Assembly (NCBI GenBank): GCA_045599105.1
Contig: JAZRVL010000014.1
Location: forward strand, 10,807 to 74,806
Source: Kiritimatiellia bacterium
Lineage (GTDB): Bacteria; Verrucomicrobiota; Kiritimatiellia; RFP12; UBA1067
DNA length: 64,000 nucleotides
Direction of reading: 5' to 3'
Positions 1 to 8,222 of the stretch are shown here, piece after piece; position 1 is the first letter of the stretch, and every line of letters starts with the position of its first letter. The notes beneath the pieces are model-generated. The model had not been told where the DNA came from. It worked only from the letters and a program-made list of their open reading frames with translations, and made no database searches. The position numbers and the translations under genes are program-made.

Positions 1-1
1 T

Positions 2-355
2 GAGCCGCTTAAAGATCGCATTGAAAAGCAAGTTAAAGAGGTCTATGGTGGAGATGGAGTTGACTTTGAGCCAATTGCATTAGAGAAGTTGGCAGCATTG
101 CAAGCGGATCCTAAGTCTGCCAAATTGCCAATTTGTATTGCCAAGACCCAGTATTCGCTTTCGCATGATCCCAAGCTCTTAGGGCGACCAAAACTCTGGC
201 GCATGCCAGTAAAAGATATTCTTATTTATCAAGGTGCAGGATTAGTAGTTCCAGTTGCAGGCGAAATCAAACTTATGCCAGGCACATCTGCTTCACCCGC
301 TTATCGTCGTATTGATGTCGATGTTGAAACGGGCAAGGTAAAGGGACTGTTCTAA
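2..355 (+). CDS. fhs: Formate--tetrahydrofolate ligase, C-terminal fragment (5' end lies outside the window)
   Basis: Frame is open from the window edge. C-terminus ...ICIAKTQYSLSHDPKLLGRP...IDVDVETGKVKGLF matches the conserved FTHFS C-terminal region. Confidence 0.75.
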   Translation, partial: EPLKDRIEKQVKEVYGGDGVDFEPIALEKLAALQADPKSAKLPICIAKTQYSLSHDPKLLGRPKLWRMPVKDILIYQGAGLVVPVAGEIKLMPGTSASPAYRRIDVDVETGKVKGLF

Positions 356-357
356 CC

Positions 358-1629
358 TTGTCTTTATTGACGATTTTTCAGATTCTGATATTGGTAGTGC
401 TATTTGCATTATCCTTCTTTTTCTCAGGATCGGAAACCATTCTTTTTTCGCTTACTGCCGCTCAAAGACAGCGTATTGGCGAGCGCAATCCATCAGTCGG
501 CGCCCAGTTGACTGAGTGTTTGCGCGACTCTGCACTTCTTTTGTCCACCTTGTTAGTTGGTAATACTTTGGTTAACTTTGCAATCGCTACAATCGGCTAT
601 CAACTATTGGCGTCGACTTCGTCAAGTGGAGGATTGCTGGCAATCCCGATAATGACAATCGCATTACTTGTGTTTGGTGAGATTACGCCAAAGCAAATTG
701 CTTTACGCTATGCTGAAGAGTTGGCTCCGTTTTGCGCACGCTTGCTCCTGTTTTGGCGAGCGGTTTTGACACCATTTAACATTGTCCTCAAGTCGTTTTC
801 ACAGGTTTTCAGTAGTGGGCTCAAGCGTGAGCGTAGGGCGCTTTCAGATGCTGAACTTATGTCGGTATTGACCACTTACGTAGAGCATGGGGATTTTGCT
901 TCTGAAGATGCATCAATGATTGAGGGCATTTTGCGACTTTCGGAGCTTTGTGCTAATGACGAAATGACTCCGCGGGTAGATATGCAAGTTTATGACATCG
1001 ACTATCCGCTAAGTGTTAGGGAGACTTTACTTAAGAATTGTCGTCATCGCTATTTGCCAGTGATCAATCGAACAGCTGATGTGATAGTGGGAGTCTATGA
1101 CCAAAGAACAGGTCAGAGGGAAGATGCGCTTTTTGTACCAGAAACGGCAACCCTTGATGATTTATTAGTCACCTTTCATCGCAGTGGCAAGTCAATTGCG
1201 ATTGTGCTTGATGAATATGGAGGTACAGCAGGGCTTATTTCGGTTGATGATATTTTGGAACTTATTTTTGGGCCGCAAGTATTCACTCGTCCAGATGCAG
1301 AGCCGCTTATTGTCAAGAAAGGCGAGTTTGTTTGGGAAGTTGATGCTCGCGCCAATCTTGATGAAGTAAACCGCACGCTCGGGCTTAAACTCGAGGCGGG
1401 AGATGCAGATCGACTTTCAGGATGGGTCGCATTTCATGCCGAGCGAATTCCTCACGTCGGGCAAGAGCTTGAAGCAGATGGATGCCGCGTTACGATTTTA
1501 AGGCGTCGTAGGCGTCGAGTAACTTTGGTGCGCCTTGAGGTAGTTAAACGGCCAAAGGCAGAAACCGATTACGAAATCCTTGCAGAGACAGACGAGGCAG
1601 TTGAAAAAGTGGAAGCGGAAGCGAAATGA
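358..1629 (+). CDS. CNNM/CorC-HlyC family transporter-associated protein (DUF21 TM domain + CBS pair + CorC_HlyC C-terminal domain)
   Basis: 423 aa; hydrophobic N-terminal DUF21-like segment, central CBS-type region, C-terminal transporter-associated domain. Confidence 0.75.
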   Translation: MSLLTIFQILILVVLFALSFFFSGSETILFSLTAAQRQRIGERNPSVGAQLTECLRDSALLLSTLLVGNTLVNFAIATIGYQLLASTSSSGGLLAIPIMTIALLVFGEITPKQIALRYAEELAPFCARLLLFWRAVLTPFNIVLKSFSQVFSSGLKRERRALSDAELMSVLTTYVEHGDFASEDASMIEGILRLSELCANDEMTPRVDMQVYDIDYPLSVRETLLKNCRHRYLPVINRTADVIVGVYDQRTGQREDALFVPETATLDDLLVTFHRSGKSIAIVLDEYGGTAGLISVDDILELIFGPQVFTRPDAEPLIVKKGEFVWEVDARANLDEVNRTLGLKLEAGDADRLSGWVAFHAERIPHVGQELEADGCRVTILRRRRRRVTLVRLEVVKRPKAETDYEILAETDEAVEKVEAEAK

Positions 1630-2264
1630 CGATATTTCTTTTTATAGTTGCGTTTTTAGCATTGGCGAGTTCGGCATTTTGCTCTGGAGTGGAGATGGGA
1701 TTTTTGTCGGTACGTCGAGGACGAGTTTTGCATGTAGCTCGTGAGGGCGGAGTGCGAGCAAAGATCATTCTTAAGGCGATTTCGGATTTGGGGCGCACTA
1801 CAACGGCAATTCTTGTAGGGAATAATCTTGCGAATGTCACTTATTCTTCAAGTATGTCGGCGTTAGGGGCGTTGCTTTTTGCAGAATCGTCCATAATGAC
1901 TTGCATCTTTTCATTGGGCGCAGCAATTCTCTTATTATGTATGGGCGAGTTTTTGCCGAAGCTTTTGTTTTCAGCACGTCCGCTTAGACGGCTTTTGCGA
2001 TTGGCACCAATTTGGTCAATCTTTGCGAGAATATTTACCCCAGTTGGCTCAGTGGTTCAGCTACTTATCGAACGGATGACTCCGAGAAAACCTGAGCGGG
2101 CAAAAATGACGCCCGAAAAGGTGTTGAAAGTTTTGGAGGATAGAAAAGAGGGCGTCCACCTTTCGAAATTTGAACGTATTCTTGTTGAAAGATTGATGAT
2201 CCTTAGAATGAAGGGTGAGTTCATCACTCCTGAGTCATTAGTTTCGGCTCTCGACGAGCTATAA
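1626..2264 (+). CDS. DUF21 (CNNM-type transmembrane) domain-only membrane protein
   Basis: 212 aa hydrophobic protein paralogous to the N-terminal domain of the upstream gene; start overlaps the upstream stop (ATGA). Confidence 0.55.
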   Translation: MTIFLFIVAFLALASSAFCSGVEMGFLSVRRGRVLHVAREGGVRAKIILKAISDLGRTTTAILVGNNLANVTYSSSMSALGALLFAESSIMTCIFSLGAAILLLCMGEFLPKLLFSARPLRRLLRLAPIWSIFARIFTPVGSVVQLLIERMTPRKPERAKMTPEKVLKVLEDRKEGVHLSKFERILVERLMILRMKGEFITPESLVSALDEL

Positions 2265-2289
2265 ACTATGACTTCAAATTAGGGATTTA

Positions 2290-2298
2290 TGGTATAAT
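2290..2298 (+). promoter_or_regulatory. Extended -10 promoter element TGGTATAAT directly upstream of the hisS ATG (leaderless-type)
   Basis: TGGTATAAT at 2290-2298; first ATG of hisS at 2307, so the TSS is predicted at or next to the start codon. Confidence 0.5.
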
Positions 2299-2300
2299 AT

Positions 2301-3539
2301 GTGCGTATGGCGGAGAAGTTGAATTTTGAGCCCCCAAGGGGCATGCGGGATTTCTATCCCGAGGATATGCTTTGGCGCAACAAGGTATTTGACGCCTTTC
2401 GTGCAGCAGGTAGTGCCGCAGGCTTTGTGCCGTATGATGCGTCAGTAGTTGAAAGTTATGAGCTTTTGTCGCGCAAGGCAGGCGAAGAAGTTGGTGAGCA
2501 AATATACCACTTCTTGGATAAGTCTGATCGTCACTTGGCGCTTCGTGCGGAGATGACTCCCACTTTGGCGAGGATGGTCGCTGCTCGGCAAAAGGAGTTG
2601 CAATTCCCATTGAAGTGGACGACGATTGCACAATGTTTTCGTTATGAGCGCATGACCAAGGGTCGTAAGCGTGAGCATTATCAATGGAACTTGGATATCA
2701 TTGGTGAAGAGTCGACATTGGCCGAGATCGAGGTCATTGGTGCTGCAGTAGACGCGCTCAAACGAATGGGTCTTAAGACGAGCGACTTTAAAGTGCATGT
2801 TTCTTCACGCAAGTTTTTGGGTGAGCTTTTGGAGCAAAGCGGTATTGACAAGGAGAAGCATGCACAAGTCTTTCTTGCGCTTGATAAGCGGGGCAAGATG
2901 CCGGATGAAGAGATTGCATCTATGCTAAGAGATGGAGGGCTTACGGAGGCGGAAGTAAAAGCTACTTTTGCTATTATGGATACCAAGGATTACACGGCCT
3001 CACCTGAGCTTAAAGAACTCTTTCATCTTGCCGAGATTGCAGGCTTTGCCGATGCTATTGTGTTTGACATTGCAGTTATTCGTGGCTTAAGCTATTATAC
3101 GGGCATCGTTTTTGAATGCTTTGATACGGCAGGCGAGTTTCGAGCGATATTTGGTGGGGGTAGGTACGATAACTTGCTTACGACTATCGGGGGCGAGCCC
3201 ACGAGCGCGGTAGGACTTGGCTTTGGTGATGTGGTAGTCACTGAGCTGTTGAAATCGCGCTTAGGCGCAGATGCTGCTCAAGCTCGCAATGGGGTGGCGA
3301 TTGGATTTATGACTGAGGCGGAGCGTGAGAGCGCTTTGCGTCTTGCTTTTTCTTTGCGCGCCAAGGGCGAAAGCGTTAATCTCGCTTTGCGTCCACAAAA
3401 GCCGAAGAAGTTTTTTGCGCATGCTGATCAAAATCATCTTCTCAAGGCGGTCTTTTTGGGCCCTGATGATATTGAAAAGGGCGTTGCTCGGCTTAAAAAC
3501 ATGGAAATGCGCGAGGAGAGCGAGTTATGTCTGGAGTAA
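2301..3539 (+). CDS. hisS: Histidine--tRNA ligase (class II aaRS with C-terminal anticodon-binding domain)
   Basis: MAEKLNFEPPRGMRDFYPEDM..RAEMTP...QWNLDIIGE motifs typical of HisRS; 412 aa; the true start is probably ATG 2307 (the ORF tool began at GTG 2301). Confidence 0.85.
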   Translation: MRMAEKLNFEPPRGMRDFYPEDMLWRNKVFDAFRAAGSAAGFVPYDASVVESYELLSRKAGEEVGEQIYHFLDKSDRHLALRAEMTPTLARMVAARQKELQFPLKWTTIAQCFRYERMTKGRKREHYQWNLDIIGEESTLAEIEVIGAAVDALKRMGLKTSDFKVHVSSRKFLGELLEQSGIDKEKHAQVFLALDKRGKMPDEEIASMLRDGGLTEAEVKATFAIMDTKDYTASPELKELFHLAEIAGFADAIVFDIAVIRGLSYYTGIVFECFDTAGEFRAIFGGGRYDNLLTTIGGEPTSAVGLGFGDVVVTELLKSRLGADAAQARNGVAIGFMTEAERESALRLAFSLRAKGESVNLALRPQKPKKFFAHADQNHLLKAVFLGPDDIEKGVARLKNMEMREESELCLE

Positions 3540-3985
3540 AGCCAATTCTAACAAGTTTGGAAGTGGGATTTCCCAACGGTGAGCTTCCGGCTCGATTTGT
3601 AGGATATCGTGGCAAGGCGACTCGGCAGATTCTTTTTATGGACGAGTTTCCATTTGAGGATGCACAGTTTGATGTGGTGATGATGGAGGGATCAATAGTT
3701 TCGCGTGCTTCGGTGCGTGAGGCGCATCGAGTTTTAAAACCCAATGGACGACTCTTTTTCATCGTGCCCGAGAAAACCGCCAAACAAGATGGTTGGACAG
3801 CTTCGGATGTTTATGCAATTGTGCGCGATGGGTTTAATATTCTTCAAGTGGATCGAGTTTCTTGGTGGAGTTTTGGTCGCAAACCACGTACGCTTACGAT
3901 TTGTGCGGGCAAGAAGAATTGGAGAGAATACAAATCCTTCATTCGCAATCAGAAGGTAGTTTTTCCGCCTTTTGAGAAGCGCTAA
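3527..3985 (+). CDS. Small class-I SAM-methyltransferase-like protein (only the C-terminal half of the fold; possibly a remnant)
   Basis: 152 aa; ..FDVVMMEGSIVSRASVREAHRVLKPNGRLFFIVPE.. resembles post-motif-I methyltransferase motifs; no GxGxG motif. Confidence 0.3.
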   Translation: MSGVKPILTSLEVGFPNGELPARFVGYRGKATRQILFMDEFPFEDAQFDVVMMEGSIVSRASVREAHRVLKPNGRLFFIVPEKTAKQDGWTASDVYAIVRDGFNILQVDRVSWWSFGRKPRTLTICAGKKNWREYKSFIRNQKVVFPPFEKR

Positions 3986-4710
3986 TGATAGCTACGATAT
4001 TAGCTGTAATATTAAGTGCGATGACTTCGTCGGAGGCGATTGCAATTATTCTTAATTCGCCTTCGGCTACGAGTCCAAAGCGTTATCAAGAAGCGAAAGC
4101 ATTAGTTGCTAAAGACGCGGAAGCGGGCAAACCCTTGCAACAGTTCATTGCGGGACTTTCCTTTGCCGAAGGCAAGAAGCGTGAAGAATATCTCAAGCTT
4201 GCACGGCCCAAGATTGAGGAGCTTGCCGCTAAAACTGATAATGCGATGGCGTGGTATTTGCTGTCAACCGATCGCAATGATGTGAAGCTTTTAATTAAAG
4301 CTGCCAATGGAGGCAATGTGCAAGCGCTCAATGCGTACGGAACGATGACTATGAATAAGGCATTGGATGATTTTGCCAAGGGCAAGACTAATGATTTTGA
4401 GCGCACAATTGGAATTTGTCGTAAATGCTTTAAGCGGGCGGTAGAGCTTCGCGATCCCAATGGCTTTATTAATCTTGGAACTTGTTATTTGCGTGGACTC
4501 GGGGGAGAGATTGATTTAAATTTGGCATTTGATTCGTTTCTTGCCGCAGCTGAGCTTGGACATCCTGATGCTATGGACGCGCTTTCTGCGTGTTATGAAT
4601 TAGGGCACGGAACTAAACCAGATTCAAGGCGTTCGCTTTATTGGCGGATGAGGGCCAAAGCCATGCGAGGAGATGAGGCGGCGGTTGAGTGGCTGAAGGA
4701 GGAACGGTAA
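3985..4710 (+). CDS. Sel1-like/TPR-like repeat protein, probably secreted
   Basis: N-terminal signal-like segment; repeated ...LG.CY..G.G... Sel1-type motifs. Confidence 0.45.
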   Translation: MIATILAVILSAMTSSEAIAIILNSPSATSPKRYQEAKALVAKDAEAGKPLQQFIAGLSFAEGKKREEYLKLARPKIEELAAKTDNAMAWYLLSTDRNDVKLLIKAANGGNVQALNAYGTMTMNKALDDFAKGKTNDFERTIGICRKCFKRAVELRDPNGFINLGTCYLRGLGGEIDLNLAFDSFLAAAELGHPDAMDALSACYELGHGTKPDSRRSLYWRMRAKAMRGDEAAVEWLKEER

Positions 4711-5483
4711 TGAGACTCCTAATGATTGGTGATGTGGTTGGTGGGCCTGGCAGAAACATCCTAAAAAAAGAATTGCAGCGTATTCGTGCAGAAAAAGCGA
4801 TTGATGCAGTTGTAGTTAACGGGGAGAATGCGGCTGCGGGAAGTGGAATCACTTCTGCGCTTGCCAAGGAACTTTTTGATCTTGGGGTAGATGCAATTAC
4901 GCTTGGCGATCATACTTGGGGACAAAAAGAGTTTGCTTTGGAAATTACCAAGATAGATAATTTAGTGCGCCCAGCTAACTTTGCAAGTGAGTGTCCAGGT
5001 AAAGGGTGGACGATAGTAACATTGCCAACCTTTCGCTTTGCGATTGTCAATTTAATTGGGCGAGTATTTATTCAAGGTGCGAATTGTCCTTTTAAGACGG
5101 CGGATAAGGTACTTGCCGAAATACCGAAAGATGTTCCTGTATTTGTGGACTTTCATGCTGAGGCGACGAGCGAAAAAATTACATTAGCCCATTATTTGGA
5201 TGGACGAGTTACAGCGGTTGTTGGAACGCATACGCATGTACAAACTTCGGATGCGAGACTATTACCAAATGGAACTGCATACATTACCGATCTTGGGATG
5301 ACTGGGCCTTACATTTCTTCGATTGGCCGCGACTTAAGGCCCGTAACTAAAAAGTTTATTACGGGAATGCCTGCTCGCTTTGAGGTAGCAACTGGCCCTT
5401 CGGTGATAGAAGGTGCGATTGTCGACTTTGATCATAAGGATTTAAAAGCGTCTGCAATTGAAGCATTTCGCTTTCGAGAGTAG
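4710..5483 (+). CDS. ymdB: YmdB-like metallophosphoesterase (TIGR00282 family; 2',3'-cyclic-nucleotide phosphodiesterase-like)
   Basis: MRLLMIGDVVGGPGR...VVNGENAAAG.G...TLGDHTW...FHAEATSEK...GTHTHVQT motifs; start taken at the internal ATG 4710. Confidence 0.8.
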   Translation: MRLLMIGDVVGGPGRNILKKELQRIRAEKAIDAVVVNGENAAAGSGITSALAKELFDLGVDAITLGDHTWGQKEFALEITKIDNLVRPANFASECPGKGWTIVTLPTFRFAIVNLIGRVFIQGANCPFKTADKVLAEIPKDVPVFVDFHAEATSEKITLAHYLDGRVTAVVGTHTHVQTSDARLLPNGTAYITDLGMTGPYISSIGRDLRPVTKKFITGMPARFEVATGPSVIEGAIVDFDHKDLKASAIEAFRFRE

Positions 5484-5489
5484 CGAGTA

Positions 5490-7442
5490 ATGGTAAAAGA
5501 AGTCATAGAAGTCGCAAATCTCGTAAAAGAGGCGGGCGGACGCGCACTTTTGGTAGGCGGGTCGGTGCGCGATAGGCTTTTGGGGCTTGAGCCCAAAGAT
5601 TTTGATATTGAGTGCTTTGGCTTAAGTAGTGAAGGGTTGAAGCATGTTTTAGAAAAGCGTTTTACCCTTGATTTAGTTGGTGCGTCATTTGGGGTTATGA
5701 AACTGCATGGGGTAGATATCGATGTTGCCATCCCGCGCCGCGAAACTAAATTAGGCGAAGGTCATCGTGCCTTTGAAATAGCATACGATCCAACGATGAC
5801 CATCAAAGAAGCATCCGCAAGACGCGATTTTACTATTAATGCGATTTACTTTGACCCTTTAACGGAAGAGGTGATTGATCCTTGGGGTGGGAAAAAAGAT
5901 CTTGAGCTACGGATTTTGCGCCACGTTTCAGAGCGCTTTAAGGAAGATCCGCTAAGAGTCCTAAGAGGAATGCAGTTTGTTGCTCGCTTTGATCTTGAAG
6001 TGGCGCCTGAGACGATTGCAATTGCGCGAACGATGGCAATGGAAAATCTCGCAGTTGAGCGGGTAGTTGATGAATGGAATAAGCTTTTAATTAAAGGTGT
6101 AAAGATTTCTAAAGGACTTGAGTTTTTGCGCTCAACTGGTTGGATAGCATATTATCCAGAGTTGGAGAAGCTCATTGGCTGCGAGCAAGATCTTGAGTGG
6201 CATCCTGAAGGAGATGTTTGGGAGCATACGAAAGAGTGCTTGGATAAATTTGCATCCTCACGAGTAGGAGATAAAACCGAAGATTTCATCGTCGGACTTG
6301 CGGTTCTTTGCCATGATTTAGGGAAGCCTGCTTGCACGGCATTTGACCCTAAGAAAAAGCGTATTCGCTCGCTTGGACACGATGAAGCGGGCGTTGCACC
6401 TACTGAATCATTTTTGAGGCGACTTACCAACGAGTCGCAAATCTTAAAAGAGGTGCCGCCTTTGGTTAGATATCATATGCGACCATTTGCAATGTGGCGC
6501 GATAAATCTTCGGATGGGGCAATTAGGCGACTTTCCTCGCATGTGGGAAGAATTGATCGGTTAGTTAGAGTAGCTTTGGCTGATGGCAGCACGGAAGAGT
6601 CGTGTGCATGGCTGCTTAGTGCGGCAGAGCGCCTTAGAATTGCTGATGTGACGCCTAAGCCACTTGTGGGTGGGCGTGATTTGATTAAGCTTGGAATGAA
6701 GCCCTCGGTTAGGTTTGGCAAAATCCTTAAATTAGCGTACGAGGCGCAACTTGATGGGACGTTCTTGACGCGCGAAGAGGGAGTTAGATATTTAAATACA
6801 CTTCTTAAAAAACGTCCACGATATATTCTTTGGGATTGGAATGGAACGCTTTTGGACGATACCAAGGCAGCGCTTGATACTTTAAATGAGATGCTTAGAA
6901 AACGTGGCAATCCAGAAATCACTATGGAGTTTTATCGGGATCATTTTGCCTTTCCAGTAAAGCCATTTTATAGGTCAATTGGGGTTTGCTTGGAAAACGA
7001 AGACTGGGATAAGCTCGCAATTGAGTACCATAAAGTTTATGCGAAGCAGCAAAAAGCACTTAATCAAGACACTTTTGCGGCCTTGGAGAAAGTCCATGCG
7101 GCAGGAGTAAAGCAATCGATCATCTCTGCTCTCAGACAAGATCTTTTGGACGAAATCACCGAAGAGCTTGGAATAAAAAGGTATATGGAATGTGTTTATG
7201 GGGTTAATAATTTAAATGGGGAGAGCAAAATCGATCGTGCGCTTGAACTTTTGGATAAGATTGCGGACGCTGACCCAGTAATCATCGGCGACTCATTGCA
7301 CGATAAAGAGGTTGCAGATGCGATTGGTGTAAAGTGCGTTCTTTGCTCGCAGGGCAGTCACGCTCATCATCGGCTTGCGGTGGTCGCTCCAACTGGCAAA
7401 ACTCTCGTTGAGGCGGTAGAGATAGCCTTAGGAGAATTGTAA
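5490..7442 (+). CDS. cca: CCA-adding tRNA nucleotidyltransferase (PolyA_pol head + HD domain) fused to a C-terminal HAD-like hydrolase domain
   Basis: N-terminus LLVGGSVRDRLLGLEPKDFDIE; HD motif LCHDLGKP; C-terminal ~200 aa YILWDWNGTLLDD...IIGDSLHDKE resembles HAD-phosphatase motifs I-IV. Confidence 0.7.
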   Translation: MVKEVIEVANLVKEAGGRALLVGGSVRDRLLGLEPKDFDIECFGLSSEGLKHVLEKRFTLDLVGASFGVMKLHGVDIDVAIPRRETKLGEGHRAFEIAYDPTMTIKEASARRDFTINAIYFDPLTEEVIDPWGGKKDLELRILRHVSERFKEDPLRVLRGMQFVARFDLEVAPETIAIARTMAMENLAVERVVDEWNKLLIKGVKISKGLEFLRSTGWIAYYPELEKLIGCEQDLEWHPEGDVWEHTKECLDKFASSRVGDKTEDFIVGLAVLCHDLGKPACTAFDPKKKRIRSLGHDEAGVAPTESFLRRLTNESQILKEVPPLVRYHMRPFAMWRDKSSDGAIRRLSSHVGRIDRLVRVALADGSTEESCAWLLSAAERLRIADVTPKPLVGGRDLIKLGMKPSVRFGKILKLAYEAQLDGTFLTREEGVRYLNTLLKKRPRYILWDWNGTLLDDTKAALDTLNEMLRKRGNPEITMEFYRDHFAFPVKPFYRSIGVCLENEDWDKLAIEYHKVYAKQQKALNQDTFAALEKVHAAGVKQSIISALRQDLLDEITEELGIKRYMECVYGVNNLNGESKIDRALELLDKIADADPVIIGDSLHDKEVADAIGVKCVLCSQGSHAHHRLAVVAPTGKTLVEAVEIALGEL

Positions 7443-7461
7443 ACCAAGGTGGATAGATTTA

Positions 7462-7470
7462 TGCTATAAT
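7462..7470 (+). promoter_or_regulatory. Extended -10 (TGCTATAAT) promoter of the NifU-like/GGGtGRT operon
   Basis: TGnTATAAT 42 nt upstream of the 7512 start; AAGGA RBS-like at ~7497. Confidence 0.45.
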
Positions 7471-7511
7471 ATACGAACAATTTTGGTACACCAAATTAAG
7501 GAAACTAAGCA

Positions 7512-8204
7512 ATGGTATATTCTACTGAGGTTCAACATCAGTGCCCACTTATGAAGGGGTGCAATCATGGTCCTGCTCCAATTCCTGAAGAAGGGAAATG
7601 GGTTCAGGCACGCGAAATCAAGGACATTTCTGGTTATACGCACGGCGTGGGCTGGTGCGCGCCCCAGCAAGGTGCTTGCAAGCTATCATTGAATATCAAG
7701 AATGGTATCATTGAGGAAGCGCTCGTAGAGACGATTGGTTGCTCGGGAATGACGCACTCCGCAGCAATGGCTTCGGAAATCCTCGTGGGCAAGACGCTTT
7801 TGGAGGCGCTCAACACCGATTTGGTGTGCGATGCTATTAATACCGCAATGCGCGAACTCTTTTTGCAAATCGTTTATGGTCGCACGCAAAGTGCATTCTC
7901 GGATGGCGGATTGGTGATTGGCGCAGGATTGGAAGATTTGGGCAAAGGCCTTCGTTCAATGGTCGGTACGATGTATGCGACCAAGGCAAAAGGTCCACGC
8001 TATTTGGAAATGACCGAGGGCTATTGCACGCGTATGGCGCTGAATAAGCAGGGCGAAGTGATTGGTTATGAGTTCGTTTCGCTCGGTAAGATGACTGACT
8101 TCATCAAGAAGGGGCTCTCGCCTAATGAAGCATGGGAAAAGGCCAAAGGTCATTATGGTCAGTTTGAGGGTGCATCTAAGTATATTGATCCGCGCAAGGA
8201 ATAA
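7512..8204 (+). CDS. Cys-rich protein with an embedded IscU/NifU-like Fe-S scaffold domain
   Basis: Segment CKLSLNIKNGIIEEALVETIGCSGMTHSAAMASEILVGKTLLEAL aligns by eye with IscU [42 protein letters not shown]; extra CPLMKGC and GWCAP..GAC cysteine motifs. Confidence 0.55.
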   Translation: MVYSTEVQHQCPLMKGCNHGPAPIPEEGKWVQAREIKDISGYTHGVGWCAPQQGACKLSLNIKNGIIEEALVETIGCSGMTHSAAMASEILVGKTLLEALNTDLVCDAINTAMRELFLQIVYGRTQSAFSDGGLVIGAGLEDLGKGLRSMVGTMYATKAKGPRYLEMTEGYCTRMALNKQGEVIGYEFVSLGKMTDFIKKGLSPNEAWEKAKGHYGQFEGASKYIDPRKE

Positions 8205-8222
8205 GGAAAGGAGTTTATAATC

